A stretch of 62,761 nt of DNA, filler included, from Vannella sp. (GCA_023345925.1; 8 parts of 8 records of this genome joined end to end with filler, not necessarily neighbours in it), one strand, 5' to 3'. Numbered from the whole stretch's first letter, positions 33,417 to 46,099 are shown. The notes: generated from the letters alone by a model not told the origin. Translations and numbers: made by a program.

Positions 33417-35715
33417 ATGTCGATGGAGCAGCTCATCCCCATTATCAACAAGTTGCAGGACGTCTTCAATGCGGTGGGGTCGGACTCGATTGCTTTGCCA
33501 CAGATCACCGTGATTGGGAGTCAGTCTGCGGGGAAGTCCTCGGTTTTGGAGAACATCGTTGGACGCGATTTTCTCCCTCGTGGTTCCGGCATCGTCACCC
33601 GTCGTCCTCTTATTCTACAGCTCATCAATATCCCTGCTGCTAGTGCACAGACCAAGAGACGTAAGCTACGGCCCAACTCTGAAGGGTCCTACTTTGGGGG
33701 AAGAGCTGCCTTTCTAACCTTCTCCGCTTTTAGCACCCTTTGAAGAGTGGGGCGAGTTCCTTCACTTGCCGAACGAGATGTTCTCTGACTTCTCCAAGAT
33801 CCGAGAGGAGATTGAGAAGGAGACGGACAAGCTCACGGGTTCCAACAAGGGCATCTCGAACAACCCTATTCGCTTGAAGATCTTCTCCCCCCACGTCCTT
33901 AACCTTACTCTGGTGGACCTTCCTGGTATGACACGAGTTGCTGTGGGAGACCAGCCCAAGAACATCGAGCAGCAGATCCGCTCGATGATCATGCACTACA
34001 TCTCCAACCCTAACGCTATCATCCTTGCTGTCTCTGCTGCCAACTCGGATCTTGCGACTTCAGACGGCATCCAGTTGGCCAAGGAGGTGGATCCTGATGG
34101 TGAGGAGGGCCAGGATGGGTGATGTGGCGTTTGCTCACTGTTCTGGCGTGCAGGTGTTCGTACAGTGGGTGTCATCACCAAGTTGGACATTATGGACCGG
34201 GGCGTGGATGCGTATGATGTTCTTACGGGTCAGGTGATTCCCCTCCGCTTGGGATTCGTGGGAGTGGTCAACCGTTCGCAAGAAGACATCCAGCAAGGCA
34301 AGAGCATCCGTGATGCGGTCAAGGATGAAGGAACGTACTTCTCCAAGCACCCTCAGTACCGAGCCATCGCGTCTCAATGCGGAACGATGTTCTTGACTCG
34401 TTTGCTCAACCGGGTGCTTCTGGACCACATCCGTTCCTGCTTGTCTGAGCTCAAGCAGAAGATCAACAAGCTCCTACAGGAGGCGCAGAGCGAGATGGAC
34501 TCGTACGGGACAGTGTTTGATGAGAACAAGGGCTCTCTCCTCTTGCAGATCATCACCAAGTTCTCTGCTGAGTACTGCAATGCCATTGATGGGCGTTTGA
34601 GTGACTTGGCCATCAATGAGTTGTTTGGTGGCGCTCGCATTAACTACATCTTCACAGAAGTCTTTGCCAAGTGCCTCCAATTCATCTCTCCTGATGATGG
34701 CCTTACGATGAACGACATTCGGACTGCCATCCAGAACGCCACAGGTCCACGGGCTTCTCTCTTTGTTCCTGAAGTGTCTTTCGAGTTGCTGGTTCGTCGC
34801 CAAATCACTCGTTTGGAGGATCCATCTCTCCAATGCGTGGAGCTGGTGTACGACGAGCTGCAGCGCATTGTCTCTTCTCTGGAGAGCGCTGAGCTCCATC
34901 GTTTTGGTGCATTGCGTGAGAGAGTCCTGGAAGTGGTGAGCCGCTTATTGCAGAACTTGAAAGTGCCCACTCGCAAGATGATTTCAAACTTGATTGCGAT
35001 TGAGCACTCGTACATCAACACCAACCACACCGACTTTGTGGGTGGAGAAGGGGCTATTGCAAAGATGTTTGAGAAAATTGCGAGGACCAATGCCGAGGAT
35101 GCTCAGCGACAAGCTGCTGGAGGTGCCGGAGGCGCTGGAGGTATGGGAGGAGCACCTCCACCACGCCCTGGACAACCCCAACAAGGCGGTTTCGGTGGAT
35201 TTGGACAGTACTTTGATAGCAACCAAGGTGCCCGTCCTGCTGTCCAAGGCGGATTTGGAGCTCCCTCGCAGGGAGGATTTGGTCGCGGTAACCGGGAGGA
35301 GAAGCTGGCGGTTGTCCCCAACTCCCTTAAGGCAGGAAACCCTACAAACCGCAAGGAGCAGTTCGAAACTGAAATCATTCGTAAGTTGACCTTTGCTCTC
35401 CTCCCACAGATCTCTTTCTGACTGGCATACGTTTAAGAGAACTTGTTGAGCTCCTACTTTGACATTGTTCGCAAGAACATTGGAGACTCTGTGCCCAAGT
35501 CAGTCATGTTCTTCTTGGTAAACACCTCAAAGGAGACAGTACAGAACGAACTGGTCCGTTGCTTGTACAAGGAAGAGCTGTTCGACACCCTTTTGGAGGA
35601 GAATCCAATTATTGCTCAAAAGAGAGCCGCCTGCAAGGAGATGTTGGACGTTCTCAAACGCGCCAACGACGTTCTGATGGAAGTTCGCGAGTTTAACCCT
35701 CACTCTTTGGCTTAG
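33417..35715 (+). CDS. Dynamin-related GTPase (Drp1/Dnm1/DymA type); 3 introns
   Basis: [74 protein letters not shown]. Confidence 0.95.
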
Positions 35716-35815
35716 ACTCCTGGAAAAGCGCATTTCTTCTTTATATGAACCCTTTTTGGCACTTGTTCCTCCATCGCACCGGCTTTGACGGGAAAAGGAA
35801 CCGTTCCGGAGAATC

Positions 35816-36572
35816 TCAATAGGATCGATCCGCACTGGCACTATTGATGCCTGAGAAAGGTTCAGGCTTGGCGGGTGGGATGGCAGCGCATCGATCACGG
35901 AAGGTCAGCATGAGGAGTGGAGGAAGGAATTGGAGCCAAAGGGTGGCGGAGAAGCCGTAAAGGATTCCTATTGTGCGGATAATCCAGGCCGCTACTGGAT
36001 TGGAGTCGCGGAGAACGAAATAGACGGGAATCACAACGGCTCCCAAGAAGAAAAGATTGTAGACAGAGTAGCCAACCAGTTTGCTCTCGCTGTACTCACT
36101 TGGCACGTTTCTCGTCACAAAGGCGAGGAACATCCCAAACAATAGTAGGCAACCCTGAACCTCGTATTAGAATGATTGGGGAGTACGCCTTAGCCTTACC
36201 GTGTAACCCACAAAGACGAAAAAGAATACAATCCCGCCTGGAGGCCCAGTAACCCCACCTGTGTCGCAAACAAGATGGCGCCGTCCATCTCTGTCATCAA
36301 ATACAGTGGTGGGAGTGGAAATGCCGGTCCAAAGAGCCAAGAGGACGACGGAAGGAATCATTAGAATAATCACTAAAACCAATAACTGCGGATCTCGAAT
36401 CGTCTTTCGAGAGAAGGGCGACTTGAAAAGGCGCCAAATACGGAAGGTTTTCGCAAAGAGAAAAGAAATCATCAAATTGACGGACAGCCCCAACAGCCAA
36501 GGTTGGAAGTTGCAAGCGACCTCGTTGGGTTGGCCATACCAAGCGAATGTTGAAAGATACCCGAGTAGAGAA
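35816..36572 (-). CDS. Class C (GABA-B-like) GPCR 7TM region, 5' truncated by the contig end
   Basis: CNFQPWL..FLFAKTFRIWRLF, LVC, TRNVPSEYSESKLVGYSVYN, FLPP. Confidence 0.85.
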
Positions 36573-36672
36573 NNNNNNNNNNNNNNNNNNNNNNNNNNNN
36601 NNNNNNNNNNNNNNNNTTAATTAATTAANNNNNNNNNNNNNNNNNNNNNNNNNNNNNNNNNNNNNNNNNNNN

Positions 36673-37393
36673 AGTGTTGGCTCTTTCTGCCAGCCTCAGA
36701 AGATCTGGTGTCAGCCTTTGCTCTGGAGACGGAGTCACTCATGTCGTCCCAATCTACGATGGCCGCGTTCTTCATCATGCCATCCAAAGGATCAACATGG
36801 GAGGCAGAGACCTCACAAACTACCTTTCAGTGCTTCTCACCGAGCAGGGTGAATATCTCCAGAATTCGAGTGATTTGGAGATTGTCCGTCACATGAAGGA
36901 GATGCACGCTTATGTGGCCCTTGATTATGACGCCCAGATGAAAGAGTCTCACGATTCAGGCTTAATGAACAAGATCTATGAGCTTCCTGATAGACAAACT
37001 ATCACCATCAATGATGAACGATTCCGTTGTGCCGAGGCTCTTTTCCGACCAGAAATGCTCGGAATGAGCTTGCCAGGTATCTCAGAGTTGGTTTATAGCT
37101 CTATCATGAGATGTGACATGCACCTGAGGAGACATTTGTTCCAGAATGTGCTGGCTTTTGGAGGGAATACAATGTTACCTGGATTTTCCGAGCGCCTTGA
37201 GCATGATTTGAACGCACTGACTCCTCCCAGTGTAATTCCAAAAGTCATTGCGCCCGAAAAAAGAAAGCTTTCTGTTTGGATGGGAGGTTCCATTTTGGCT
37301 TCTGGTCCCAAAAATGAGAACCTTTTCGTCTCCAGAGAAGAGTATGAAGAAGCTGGCCCGACTTTAATCCATTCCCGGTGGCAACACCTCTGA
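36673..37393 (+). CDS. Divergent actin-related protein, 5' truncated
   Basis: SGDGVTHVVPIYDG, GGRDLTNYL, YELPDRQTITINDERFRCAEALFRP, GGNTMLPG, SVWMGGSILAS, EYEEAGP. Confidence 0.9.
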
Positions 37394-37449
37394 AGATTCG
37401 ATTCAACCTGCAACATTCAATCACTCCCGAAGGTTTATCATTTGATCAC

Positions 37450-37480
37450 TTTTTTTTTTCAACAAATAAAAAAAAAAAAA
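37450..37480. repeat. Adjacent T10 and A13 homopolymer tracts between the two actin-like genes
   Basis: tttttttttt caacaaat aaaaaaaaaaaaa. Confidence 0.85.
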
Positions 37481-37538
37481 GATGAGCTCATGTGCAGAAA
37501 AATAAATAAAAATTGGTTGTTCTGCTTCACCGACTGAG

Positions 37539-38663
37539 ATGAAAGGGCTTGCGGTGGTTTTGGACAAAGGAGGAGACACGTTCCTTGCTGGGTATGCAGA
37601 TGGGGATTTTCCTGAGGAAGTGTTTCCTTCTGTGACTGCGAGGAATGGTACCACTCCCTCCGTGAGGGCAAAAGGACGTTCCAACAAGGTCGGTGATGAT
37701 GTTGCCGAGGTGATGGGACTACTCAAAAGCAAGCGCCCTATCCAACGAGGGATAGTAACGGACTGGGAAGCCATGGAGGATCTGTACGAGTACACTTTCT
37801 CCACCCGCATGAAGATTTCACTCGCAGAGCATCCGATTCTCCTCTCTGAGAAGCCACTCAATCCCAAGCAGGACCGCACCAACCACACAGAGCTTCTCTT
37901 TGAGACCTTTGGGGCCTGTGCGATTCAGTTTGGTATAGAGACCACTCTCGCCGTCTACGGTGCCAACAATGGATCAGTCTTGATCGTTTCCTGCGGAGAG
38001 GGAGCCTCTTGTGTTCAACCTTATGAGTACTTCTTCACTTCAAAGCGGGCGACGCGCCGCTACAATATCGGCGGCCAGGACACAACAGAGTCTCTGAGGG
38101 AATTGCTAAGTGAAAGAGGAGTTTACCTTTCCGCTCAACAAGCAGACATTGCGAAGCAGATGAAAGAAAAACACTGCTTTGTAGCGCAAGATTATGAGCA
38201 ATCACTGACACAAGCCAGCCAGACACCCGAACTTCATGAAACTTATCAACTTCCTGATGGACAAGAGGTTACCATTGGATCTGAGCGATTCCGTTGTATG
38301 GAAGGGCTGTTTCAACCTTCTTTGCTGGGAATGGATATGCCAGGCCTGGCAGAAATGGTCTCTGAGTCGCTGTCAGTTTGTGACGTTCATCTTAGGGCAG
38401 AATTATTGAGGAATATTGTTCTTTGTGGAGGACCGACTAAAGCCCCTGGATTCAGCAAGAGATTGCGGGAAGAGATTCAAAAGGCATTCCCTCTCCTTGA
38501 AGTGAAAATGCATGGCATTATTCAGGGTAACTGCTATCACCCTTGGAATGGAGGCTCCATGCTGGCCGGTTTCGATTCTTTCCAGCCAATGTGGTTCTCA
38601 AAAGAAGAGTACGGGGAGAGTGGACCTCTCGGAATATGGGATAAAAAATCGCCAGCTTCCTAA
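37539..38663 (+). CDS. Intronless divergent actin-related protein, 374 aa
   Basis: PIQRGIVTDWEAME, EHPILLSEKPLNPK, LLFETF, YQLPDGQEVTIGSERFRCMEGLFQPS, WNGGSMLA, EYGESGP. Confidence 0.92.
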   Translation: MKGLAVVLDKGGDTFLAGYADGDFPEEVFPSVTARNGTTPSVRAKGRSNKVGDDVAEVMGLLKSKRPIQRGIVTDWEAMEDLYEYTFSTRMKISLAEHPILLSEKPLNPKQDRTNHTELLFETFGACAIQFGIETTLAVYGANNGSVLIVSCGEGASCVQPYEYFFTSKRATRRYNIGGQDTTESLRELLSERGVYLSAQQADIAKQMKEKHCFVAQDYEQSLTQASQTPELHETYQLPDGQEVTIGSERFRCMEGLFQPSLLGMDMPGLAEMVSESLSVCDVHLRAELLRNIVLCGGPTKAPGFSKRLREEIQKAFPLLEVKMHGIIQGNCYHPWNGGSMLAGFDSFQPMWFSKEEYGESGPLGIWDKKSPAS

Positions 38664-38772
38664 GATTCCTTCGAGTCAGTTCGAACCTGCCGACCTCTCG
38701 AGTCATGAATGAAGAAATAGAATCAATAGAGTTAAGTTAGGTCATTTGTTAGTTCTCTGAGGCCGTTTAGCT

Positions 38773-40400
38773 TCATTCCTTGGCCGAGGAACGATGTCGC
38801 TTTGCGGGAGGTTCAGTGATAGAGGCCAGAGGACGTTTGGAAGCAAGTTCAGGATGCTTTCCTTGGTATCTCTTGATGTACGAAGCAACATCAAACTTCC
38901 TGCGGCAGCCAGCTTCGTTCATGTAACGGATCTTTCCTGTAACTTGTCGTTCTCTCCAACCCTGGTCGTGGAGTCCACAGATGGCCCACATGCTGTTTCT
39001 CATTTCAGTTCAAGTTCTCAATATATAATTGGTTATATACCATCCCACATAGCCGTTTGGATCTCGTCCATCCAAGTTGTAGCGATCGTTCAAATAGATG
39101 GCAATTCTCAATGCTTCCGAAGGAGATTCCGCCCACTCTAAGATGTTCTTCGCCCACTGCATCCGGCAAAACTACTCTAAAATGAGTTGCGGTAATCTAT
39201 CAAAGTTCTGCTTACCCCATGAAGCTTGCCTTCAACAACAAGCTGCGTTTGCATGGCGTTCCAAAATGCAGAATGCGTTTTGGCGCCGTCAAACTGTTCT
39301 TGGGTGTACACGTAGTCTCTCTTGTCATTAGCATGCAGAGAGAGGGTCAGTTGTGCCCAGTCACTGGCGCCTTCAATACGATCGTAATGCTCTTGGTAAA
39401 AGCAAAAGTTGTCACTCAATTCTCGACGCACCAGAGTCTCTTCAACAAAGCCCTCTGCAGATTTCTGACAAGCTTGATTCTTCTTTGCATATGACTGTAC
39501 TTCTAAGATGGCCCGTTGTGGGGCGATTTGACCGAAATGGAAGTAAGGTGAAAGGTTGGAGAGCACATTTTGCTCATTGGGCTTGTTCCGGAGAGTGTCA
39601 TACTTCTGCAGCCTCTCTTCACAGAATCTCTTCACAGTTTTGAGACCTTCTTTGGTGCCTGGCTTCAGCCACTCCAATGCAGGAACCGTCCGATCAATCT
39701 CTAACACCTGATTCGCGGCTTTCCAGTCCGTAATTGGGGGCAACGGAGTCTCAGAAGGATCCCTTTCAAGAAGTGGAAAGTCTACAAGATAGGTAGGAGC
39801 CATCTTGGTGATCTTGGGCCTTATTGTGCGAGCAGCATACTCCTGCTTGGGGCTGGTCTCCCATACAGGTACCACGTTGTGCGCATCCACCGTGAACATA
39901 GAAATCTCACTTCCTAGCTTCTTCCTGATCTCCTTGGACCATTGGCGATGTGTGCGGAGAGGGCTAAAGTCAGTAACGAGAGCCGTTGCTCCCTGCGACT
40001 TAAGGAACCTGGGCAGTGTGTCCTCCACCTGTCCTTGTAATAGGTAGAATGGAATACCCTTGGATCTGAGTGTAACCTCTGTCTCTTCAAGTCCCTGGAG
40101 CATGAAGGAGTATTGCCGTTCAGTAGCTTCTAAGAAGCGCGGTTGCAAGTTGAAGACAACTGCAAGCTCTCTCGGCGCTTGCGAGAGCTCATTAGCAAAC
40201 AGAAGAGCCCAGTTATCCTCCACACGCTGATCGCGCGACATCCAATACACCACCGAGCCACCAGGAGCCAACTCCTCCACATCAGAATCCGTGATAGATC
40301 TCAGCTCTCCCTCGCTCTCCACCCACCGAACACGTCCTCTTTGAACAGTACAATGTGCTCTCTTCGTCCCCTCTTTCCCATCTGCTTTACTGCGTCCCAT
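38773..40400 (-). CDS. phr: Class II CPD photolyase; multi-exon
   Basis: [82 protein letters not shown]. Confidence 0.95.
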
Positions 40401-40489
40401 AGTCAGCAAAATGGCGCGAAACCGACCACGAAGCAACAAAGCGGAAAAAAATGACAAAAAATGGACAATTCGGGCCTTCCTAATAGATG

Positions 40490-41330
40490 ATAGTACTCAT
40501 TGCAGAGGCTCTTTCTTATTGATCTGATGCTGGGGAGGAGAGGACTTCCCTGGACCTCTTTCCCAACAAAGTCTGCGAATGGAAGGTCAACGTTGGTCAG
40601 AGGGCCCTGAAATGGAAGGAATGTCACTCACTGGATCGTTCTCCTTTGCGGATGGAGACAAGCTGGTTGAGAGACTAATTGTTGCGTTTTGGAGGCTTTC
40701 TTGGGCAAGAGCCTCCTCTTGGGCTTTCTGTGCCAGGTAGAGATCAAGGAACCTTTGTTCCTGCTTGTTGTGAGTTCTTTTCCGACCATTAAAACATTGC
40801 ATCCGCTTCAAGTCATACCAGTTGACATTTGCCACCGACTGCCAGGAGCATCTCGATGATTTCTTTGCGACCACTGCAAAGAGCAATGTCCAACGGTGTC
40901 TACTTCCCACCCTGAGTGATATGGACGACATTCATCCGGAGCCAGATAACAGGCATCTCTTACTATCTGTAGCACCTCTTTTCAGAGCTCTTCGTGGCTT
41001 GACTGAGGAGACTCACGTCCTTCAGCTCATCAAAAAAACAGGACTTTGGATAAGGAGGGCCCAGAAGATTTCGGCCACTTACTTGCTGTTAGCGAATGAT
41101 GAGATTCACAGAAGGTTTGATTGGGCAACTAACAGGATTGACATCGATGCAGCGGAGGGAAAGCAAATACTTGACAATATCGTTATGTCCCCTCTCAGAC
41201 GCAAAGCTAAGGAATGTCTGCTTTGATGTAAGAAAAGACTGGAGTCTGAATTTTCATCTCCGCCTTGAGGGACACAAAAAAAGAGTCTTTGTAAGGCGGA
41301 ACGCTCACCCACTAGTTCATTCAGGTGCTT
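40490..41330 (-). pseudogene. Degenerate ankyrin-repeat gene; boundaries approximate
   Basis: KQTFLSFASERGHNDIVKYLLSLRCIDVN (about 41135-41225) and GK*TPLDIALCSGRKEIIEMLLAVGG with an in-frame TAG at 40900-40902; further stops between the repeats. Confidence 0.65.
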
Positions 41331-42084
41331 AGTACCTGGTGATACATTAGTGATGCAGCAGCGACCTACATTCTAAAGGAGCCCTGGTGAGAATCACATG
41401 CGACGACAGTTGACTTTGGAGTCCAGGCAACAAACATGTTTACTGACTTCCTGGATGAACCCTTCAGTAAGTCACTTGAGAAAGTTTCTGATGAAAATAA
41501 CTTGCATCCTGTATGACTCTCTCTGTAAGCAAACTTCCCTTCTCGCTCCTAAAGGGAGAGAGGGAGATAGAGAGACACTTACTTCCTATTTTCGGTTACA
41601 AATTGATGAGAAACCGCTCATTCTACTCCACTCATCGTCCAAGGCAAACCAAAAAGCACTCACTTCCTGACAAAGCACCCTGGAAGTGAGAAGGAAGCCG
41701 CTTCGTGCCATTCAAAGGAAAGAAGAGGAAGGAACGAATCATTTACTTCCTAAAGCACCGCCCATGTGTCAGTAGCTATCTCATCCGTTTCCTGTTCTCC
41801 TTTCTGTTCAAGACAAACAGTTGAAACTCACTTCCTAAAGAGTTCCGTTCGGGCGTTGAGTATCCCTTCTTCGGAGAGGCCATCAACGCACCACATTCAG
41901 CCTCCCCGGATTCAGTACCAAGTACGCCTTCACTTGCTCCAAGTCCCCCGAGATGACAACAGCAGAAAAGCCCTCATTCTCGTCTTCTTTCCCGTCTCCC
42001 TCGAAGACTGCAACTTCTTCCCCGTCCGACATAAGCAGAATGACTCGATTTCCATCAAATACCTTCCATTTGTCGATAAATGGG

Positions 42085-42382
42085 GCCGCATACTCCTTCT
42101 TTGTGCGCCACCGTTAACATAGAAATCTCACTTTCAAGTTTCGTCTTGAGCTCCTTTGACTATCAATGATACGCGCGGTTGAGGTTGAACACAACTGCAA
42201 GCTCTTCTGAGAGTTCGTTAGAGAAGAGAAGGGCCCAGTTGTTCTCTCTGATCACGCTCCCCACATCTACCGAGCCGGAGTCCGTCATCGATCTCAGCTC
42301 TCCCTCACTCTACACCCCCTGAACGTGGCCTCTGAGCATTGCTCTTTGTCTTCTCTTCCCCGTCTGCTTTACTGCGGCCCAT
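42085..42382 (-). pseudogene. Truncated, deleted duplicate of the photolyase 5' region
   Basis: [42 protein letters not shown] matches the intact gene's start. DNA blocks match 39835-39960 and 40137-40400 with deletions. Confidence 0.9.
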
Positions 42383-43815
42383 TGTCTGCAAAATGGCGTC
42401 GAAACCGACCACTTGAAGCTACAAAGCGGTACAATATGACTCCATTAGGCTACTTTAGATCACAGCAAGTATGGAAAAGAGGCTCTTTCTTATTCGTCTG
42501 ATGTTGAGCTGGAGANNNNNNNNNNNNNNNNNNNNNNNNNNNNNNNNNNNNNNNNNNNNTTAATTAATTAANNNNNNNNNNNNNNNNNNNNNNNNNNNNN
42601 NNNNNNNNNNNNNNNCTCAGAAACATTGGTAGAATAACCAGGAAGAGTTCTCTTTTCTTTTTAACAGCCTATTTATCTTCGGGTAATATTTACAAATTCA
42701 ACGACCATGGAATCAATTTATTTGGAGAAGTAGTTTAAAGGCTGGTAGAGCAGTCTATTTTTTGGATTGTCTGGTTCTATTCTAACGATACTTGAAAATC
42801 TGAGGGATTTTTTTTTACTTTCTTGAATAGTCGTAGGCGGTCAGGCAAAATCTAGTGGCCTTATTGTTTATTGAAGTCAAAGTACGAAGAGGCCAAGCGT
42901 CACTTCCAAGTGGTGGTTTCTGCACAGGAGATTCATTTGGAATGGAAATTTTACAGCTCTTTCTTCCCAATTACTTGGCTTTATCCCCGCCGGTCGAATC
43001 GTTTGGCTCTTGCAATCTTTTCCATATCCCGGACACCAGCGGAGATTGTCATTTACTTCCACAATCATCTTCTGAGGATCAATGAACTCGGTTTCAAGCT
43101 TCATATTGGCCAGAACATTCGTAAGCGATAAGAATGTACGACCTCCGAATCTTGTACCAGATTCGCTGTAATGAAGTACAAAGGTATAGTCTGGGGGGAG
43201 ATGTTGTCAGAAAGTGGCGAATATGGATATTCACATACTCTTCATGTCCTCCACCTCAATGGAGATAACTTTAGCTGGTCCCGGTTTCATCTGTTAAACT
43301 ACTAGTCATCAACGCCGTCTTGTCCTTCGATCCGAATAGTATTTTTCCTGAGCAAATGGAGCCAGATTTTGACCAAAAAGGAATAGAACTTTTCGTTTAT
43401 TTCTTGCAGTATTTCAATGGCCTGTCAATTTCCCTCGTAGAACACAGCAGTTTCCTCATCTCCTGCTATGGGAAGTAGAAATGTGAAGAAGGCGACAACT
43501 TGACGATGACGAGAGAGTCCACACACAGCTGAGGATTGTGGATCACCGGTTTTTATCCGGGGTTTCTCCTTTTTTACAAAAGGCGTGCCGCCGAAGCACC
43601 AGAATCGCGCATTTGGCTCTTAGCCCGTCACGTGGGATGACCTCAAACCCTTTGTAGAGGCAAACCTCACCCTTTACCTCGCATTCTTACTTTGATCTTG
43701 CCTGCACTTGTCTTGAACAGTGTCTAAGCAGTTGTAGTGCTGTGAGCCGTGGAAGCCCATTTTCAACCCCCACTACGAAGACCTTGAAGACTTTAGTGGT
43801 TTGGATCATTTGCTC

Positions 43816-44813
43816 ATGTTCTCCTGCGGTTGGTTGGGAAGGGCGAGGGTGGTTCGTGTGGGACAGCGAAGTTTGGCATCGGAGAGGAGGGGAAGGCGCG
43901 TTTTCTTTAACATTCCAGGGTCAGATGAGAGGAAGCTAGCTAAGGTAGCTTCCCTTGACCTTGACGTTGCTGTGTTTGACTTGGAAGACGGAGTTGCCCG
44001 CTCCCGAAAGCAGAAAGCTCGTGACTTGCTTCGAGAGCACCTGACCCAAATGGGTCATCAGTACCCTGCAAGTATGGAGAGATCCATTCGTATGAACCAT
44101 ATCGGCTCAGGGTTAGAGCTGGAGGACTTGCAGTCGTGCGTCCTCCCCCTTCTGCCTTATCTTGACTCGATCTTGGTTCCAAAGGTTGAAAGTCCCTCTG
44201 ATCTACAGTTCGTAGCTACCTCTATCTCTGTACAGGCTCAGCAGAAGGAACATCCTATCGAGCTGATCGCTGCGATTGAGAGTGCAAAAGGATTCCTCCA
44301 TATTGAAGCCATTAGTGCTGCTGTACTGGCTCCTGGGGTCAAACTTACCTGCCTTTTGGTAAGATACCATAACTGTCGAAGTATCAGGTCCTCACAGAGA
44401 GCCTACAGTACGCATCTGAAGACCTTTGTGCCGACATGGGCATGACCCGTACTGCAGGGCGAACAGAAATGCTCTACACACGAGGCAAGCTCCTTTGCAC
44501 TGCCAAGGCGTTCGGATTGGATGCCATTGACTTGGTTTGCATCGACTATAAGAACGAATGTGCCCTCGTCGAAGAGGCAACGGAGGGATTTCACATGGGC
44601 TTCACTGGGAAGCAGGCTATTCACCCTAATCAGGTTCCAGCTATCTATCAAGCCTTTACTCCTACTCCCTCTCGGGTCGCCTTTGCCCAAAAGATCGTGG
44701 AAGGCTTCGAAAAGCATTCTCTGGAGGGAAAAGGTGCATTCGAGGTGGATGGGAAAATGATTGATCTTCCCATGCTCAAGTGGGCCCAAGGCATCCTCCG
44801 CCTCATCCAATGA
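43816..44813 (+). CDS. CLYBL: Citrate lyase beta-like (CitE/HpcH family; citramalyl-CoA lyase), probably mitochondrial; 1 intron
   Basis: RRVFFNIPGSDERKL, FDLEDGVA, VPKVES, AIESAKG, ASEDLCADMG, AIDLVCIDYK, GFTGKQAIHPNQV, GKMIDLP; Arg-rich presequence. Confidence 0.9.
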
Positions 44814-44942
44814 ACACTCTCACTTCTGACCTCTCTTCCCGGTTTTGGGTGGAATGAAGTCAAAAGCGGGTAGATTCGATTGTCACTAATAGAATGGGGA
44901 AGATGAAGAAGCTGATTCATTGTTTCGGGGCGGTTGGGGGTG

Positions 44943-45689
44943 ATGGGGGCTCTGTTTTCCGCTAAGGGTCCGCCTGGCATCACTGCACGTGACCGTGCAG
45001 TGCTGGATTTGAAGGTTCAGCGAGATAGGCTGCATAAGTACACGAAGCAGGTGCGAGGGGGGGAAGGGGGACGGGTGAAGGGGACTGATGGAAGGGAAGA
45101 GTGCTCTTATCATTGAGAACGACACGAAAACGATCAAACGCCTGCTGAAAGAGAACAAGAAAGAGAAGGCGATGCTGGTTCTAAAGCGACGGAAGTATCA
45201 GGAGACTCTTCTGGAGAAGAACCAAGCGCTCCTCGACAATATTCAAGAGATGGTGGACAACATCCAGTTTGCAGAGATGCAGGCGAAGGTCTTCCAGTCT
45301 CTGAAGACAGGAGCCAACTCTTTGAAGCAAATCCACCAGCAAATCGACCTCGGTGAGCTTGAAGAGATCATGAATGACACAGCAGAAGGCATTGAGAAGC
45401 AGAAGGTGGGCCAATCAGTTCCACGAGAGCCTCTTTTGAAGGGATTTGGTAGGAAATTGATGCTCTTCTAAGTGGTCAGCTGTCGGAGGAGAATGAAGCT
45501 GCCATTCTGGAGGAGTTGGCGAAGCTTCAGGAAGAGCTGGAGATGAAAGTGGATCTTCTCCCAGAGAACTTCCCCAAAGTACCAACGGAGGATATTGAAC
45601 CTCTTATTAGTATAGATGAGCTTCCCTCTGTCCCATCACACTCTGTTGAGCAGCCAGAGGCAACCAAGCAAGAGGTACTTTTAGCTTAA
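44943..45689 (+). CDS. VPS20: ESCRT-III subunit Vps20/CHMP6; 2 introns
   Basis: Myristoylation-type MGALFS, ITARDRAVLDLKVQRDRL, LKRRKYQETLL, MIM2-like FPKVPTEDI and LPSVPSH. Confidence 0.9.
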
Positions 45690-46099
45690 AAGCTGGTTTT
45701 TGTGATTTTGTGAATCTCCTTTCCCGAATACTCATGTGTGGTCGTTTATCTCCCCCGTGAGGGCCTTTTGGAAGGCTCAGGTATCCCCTTTAAGGATCCT
45801 CAAATCTGTCAAGTGATGTTGCCACATCACCTATTGCTGACAAGCTGTGGAGAGGTGCCCCACTGCATTCTTTTGAGATCTTAAGCACAGATTCAATCGC
45901 TCCCTCCCCTTTATCGATTCATTGGGAGTCTTTCTCGTCCAAAGGAGCCACATGAAGCTGCACAAGTCAACATCCCACTCTCTTTCTCTCTTGCAAATCC
46001 CACTTTTGTAGAGCTTTTCCGTTGCGGAGGGGAATTCTCTTGAGTTTTGAGAAAACTGGGATTCTGGCGGGAAAAGGCGTTACTCAATGTCATTACTTC

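Noticed and set aside
40900..40902. In-frame TAGs in the ankyrin and photolyase copies suggesting stop-codon reassignment
   Set aside because: Conserved genes (METTL6, dynamin, RasGEF) end at TAG, long exons contain none, and both cases lie in decayed duplicates
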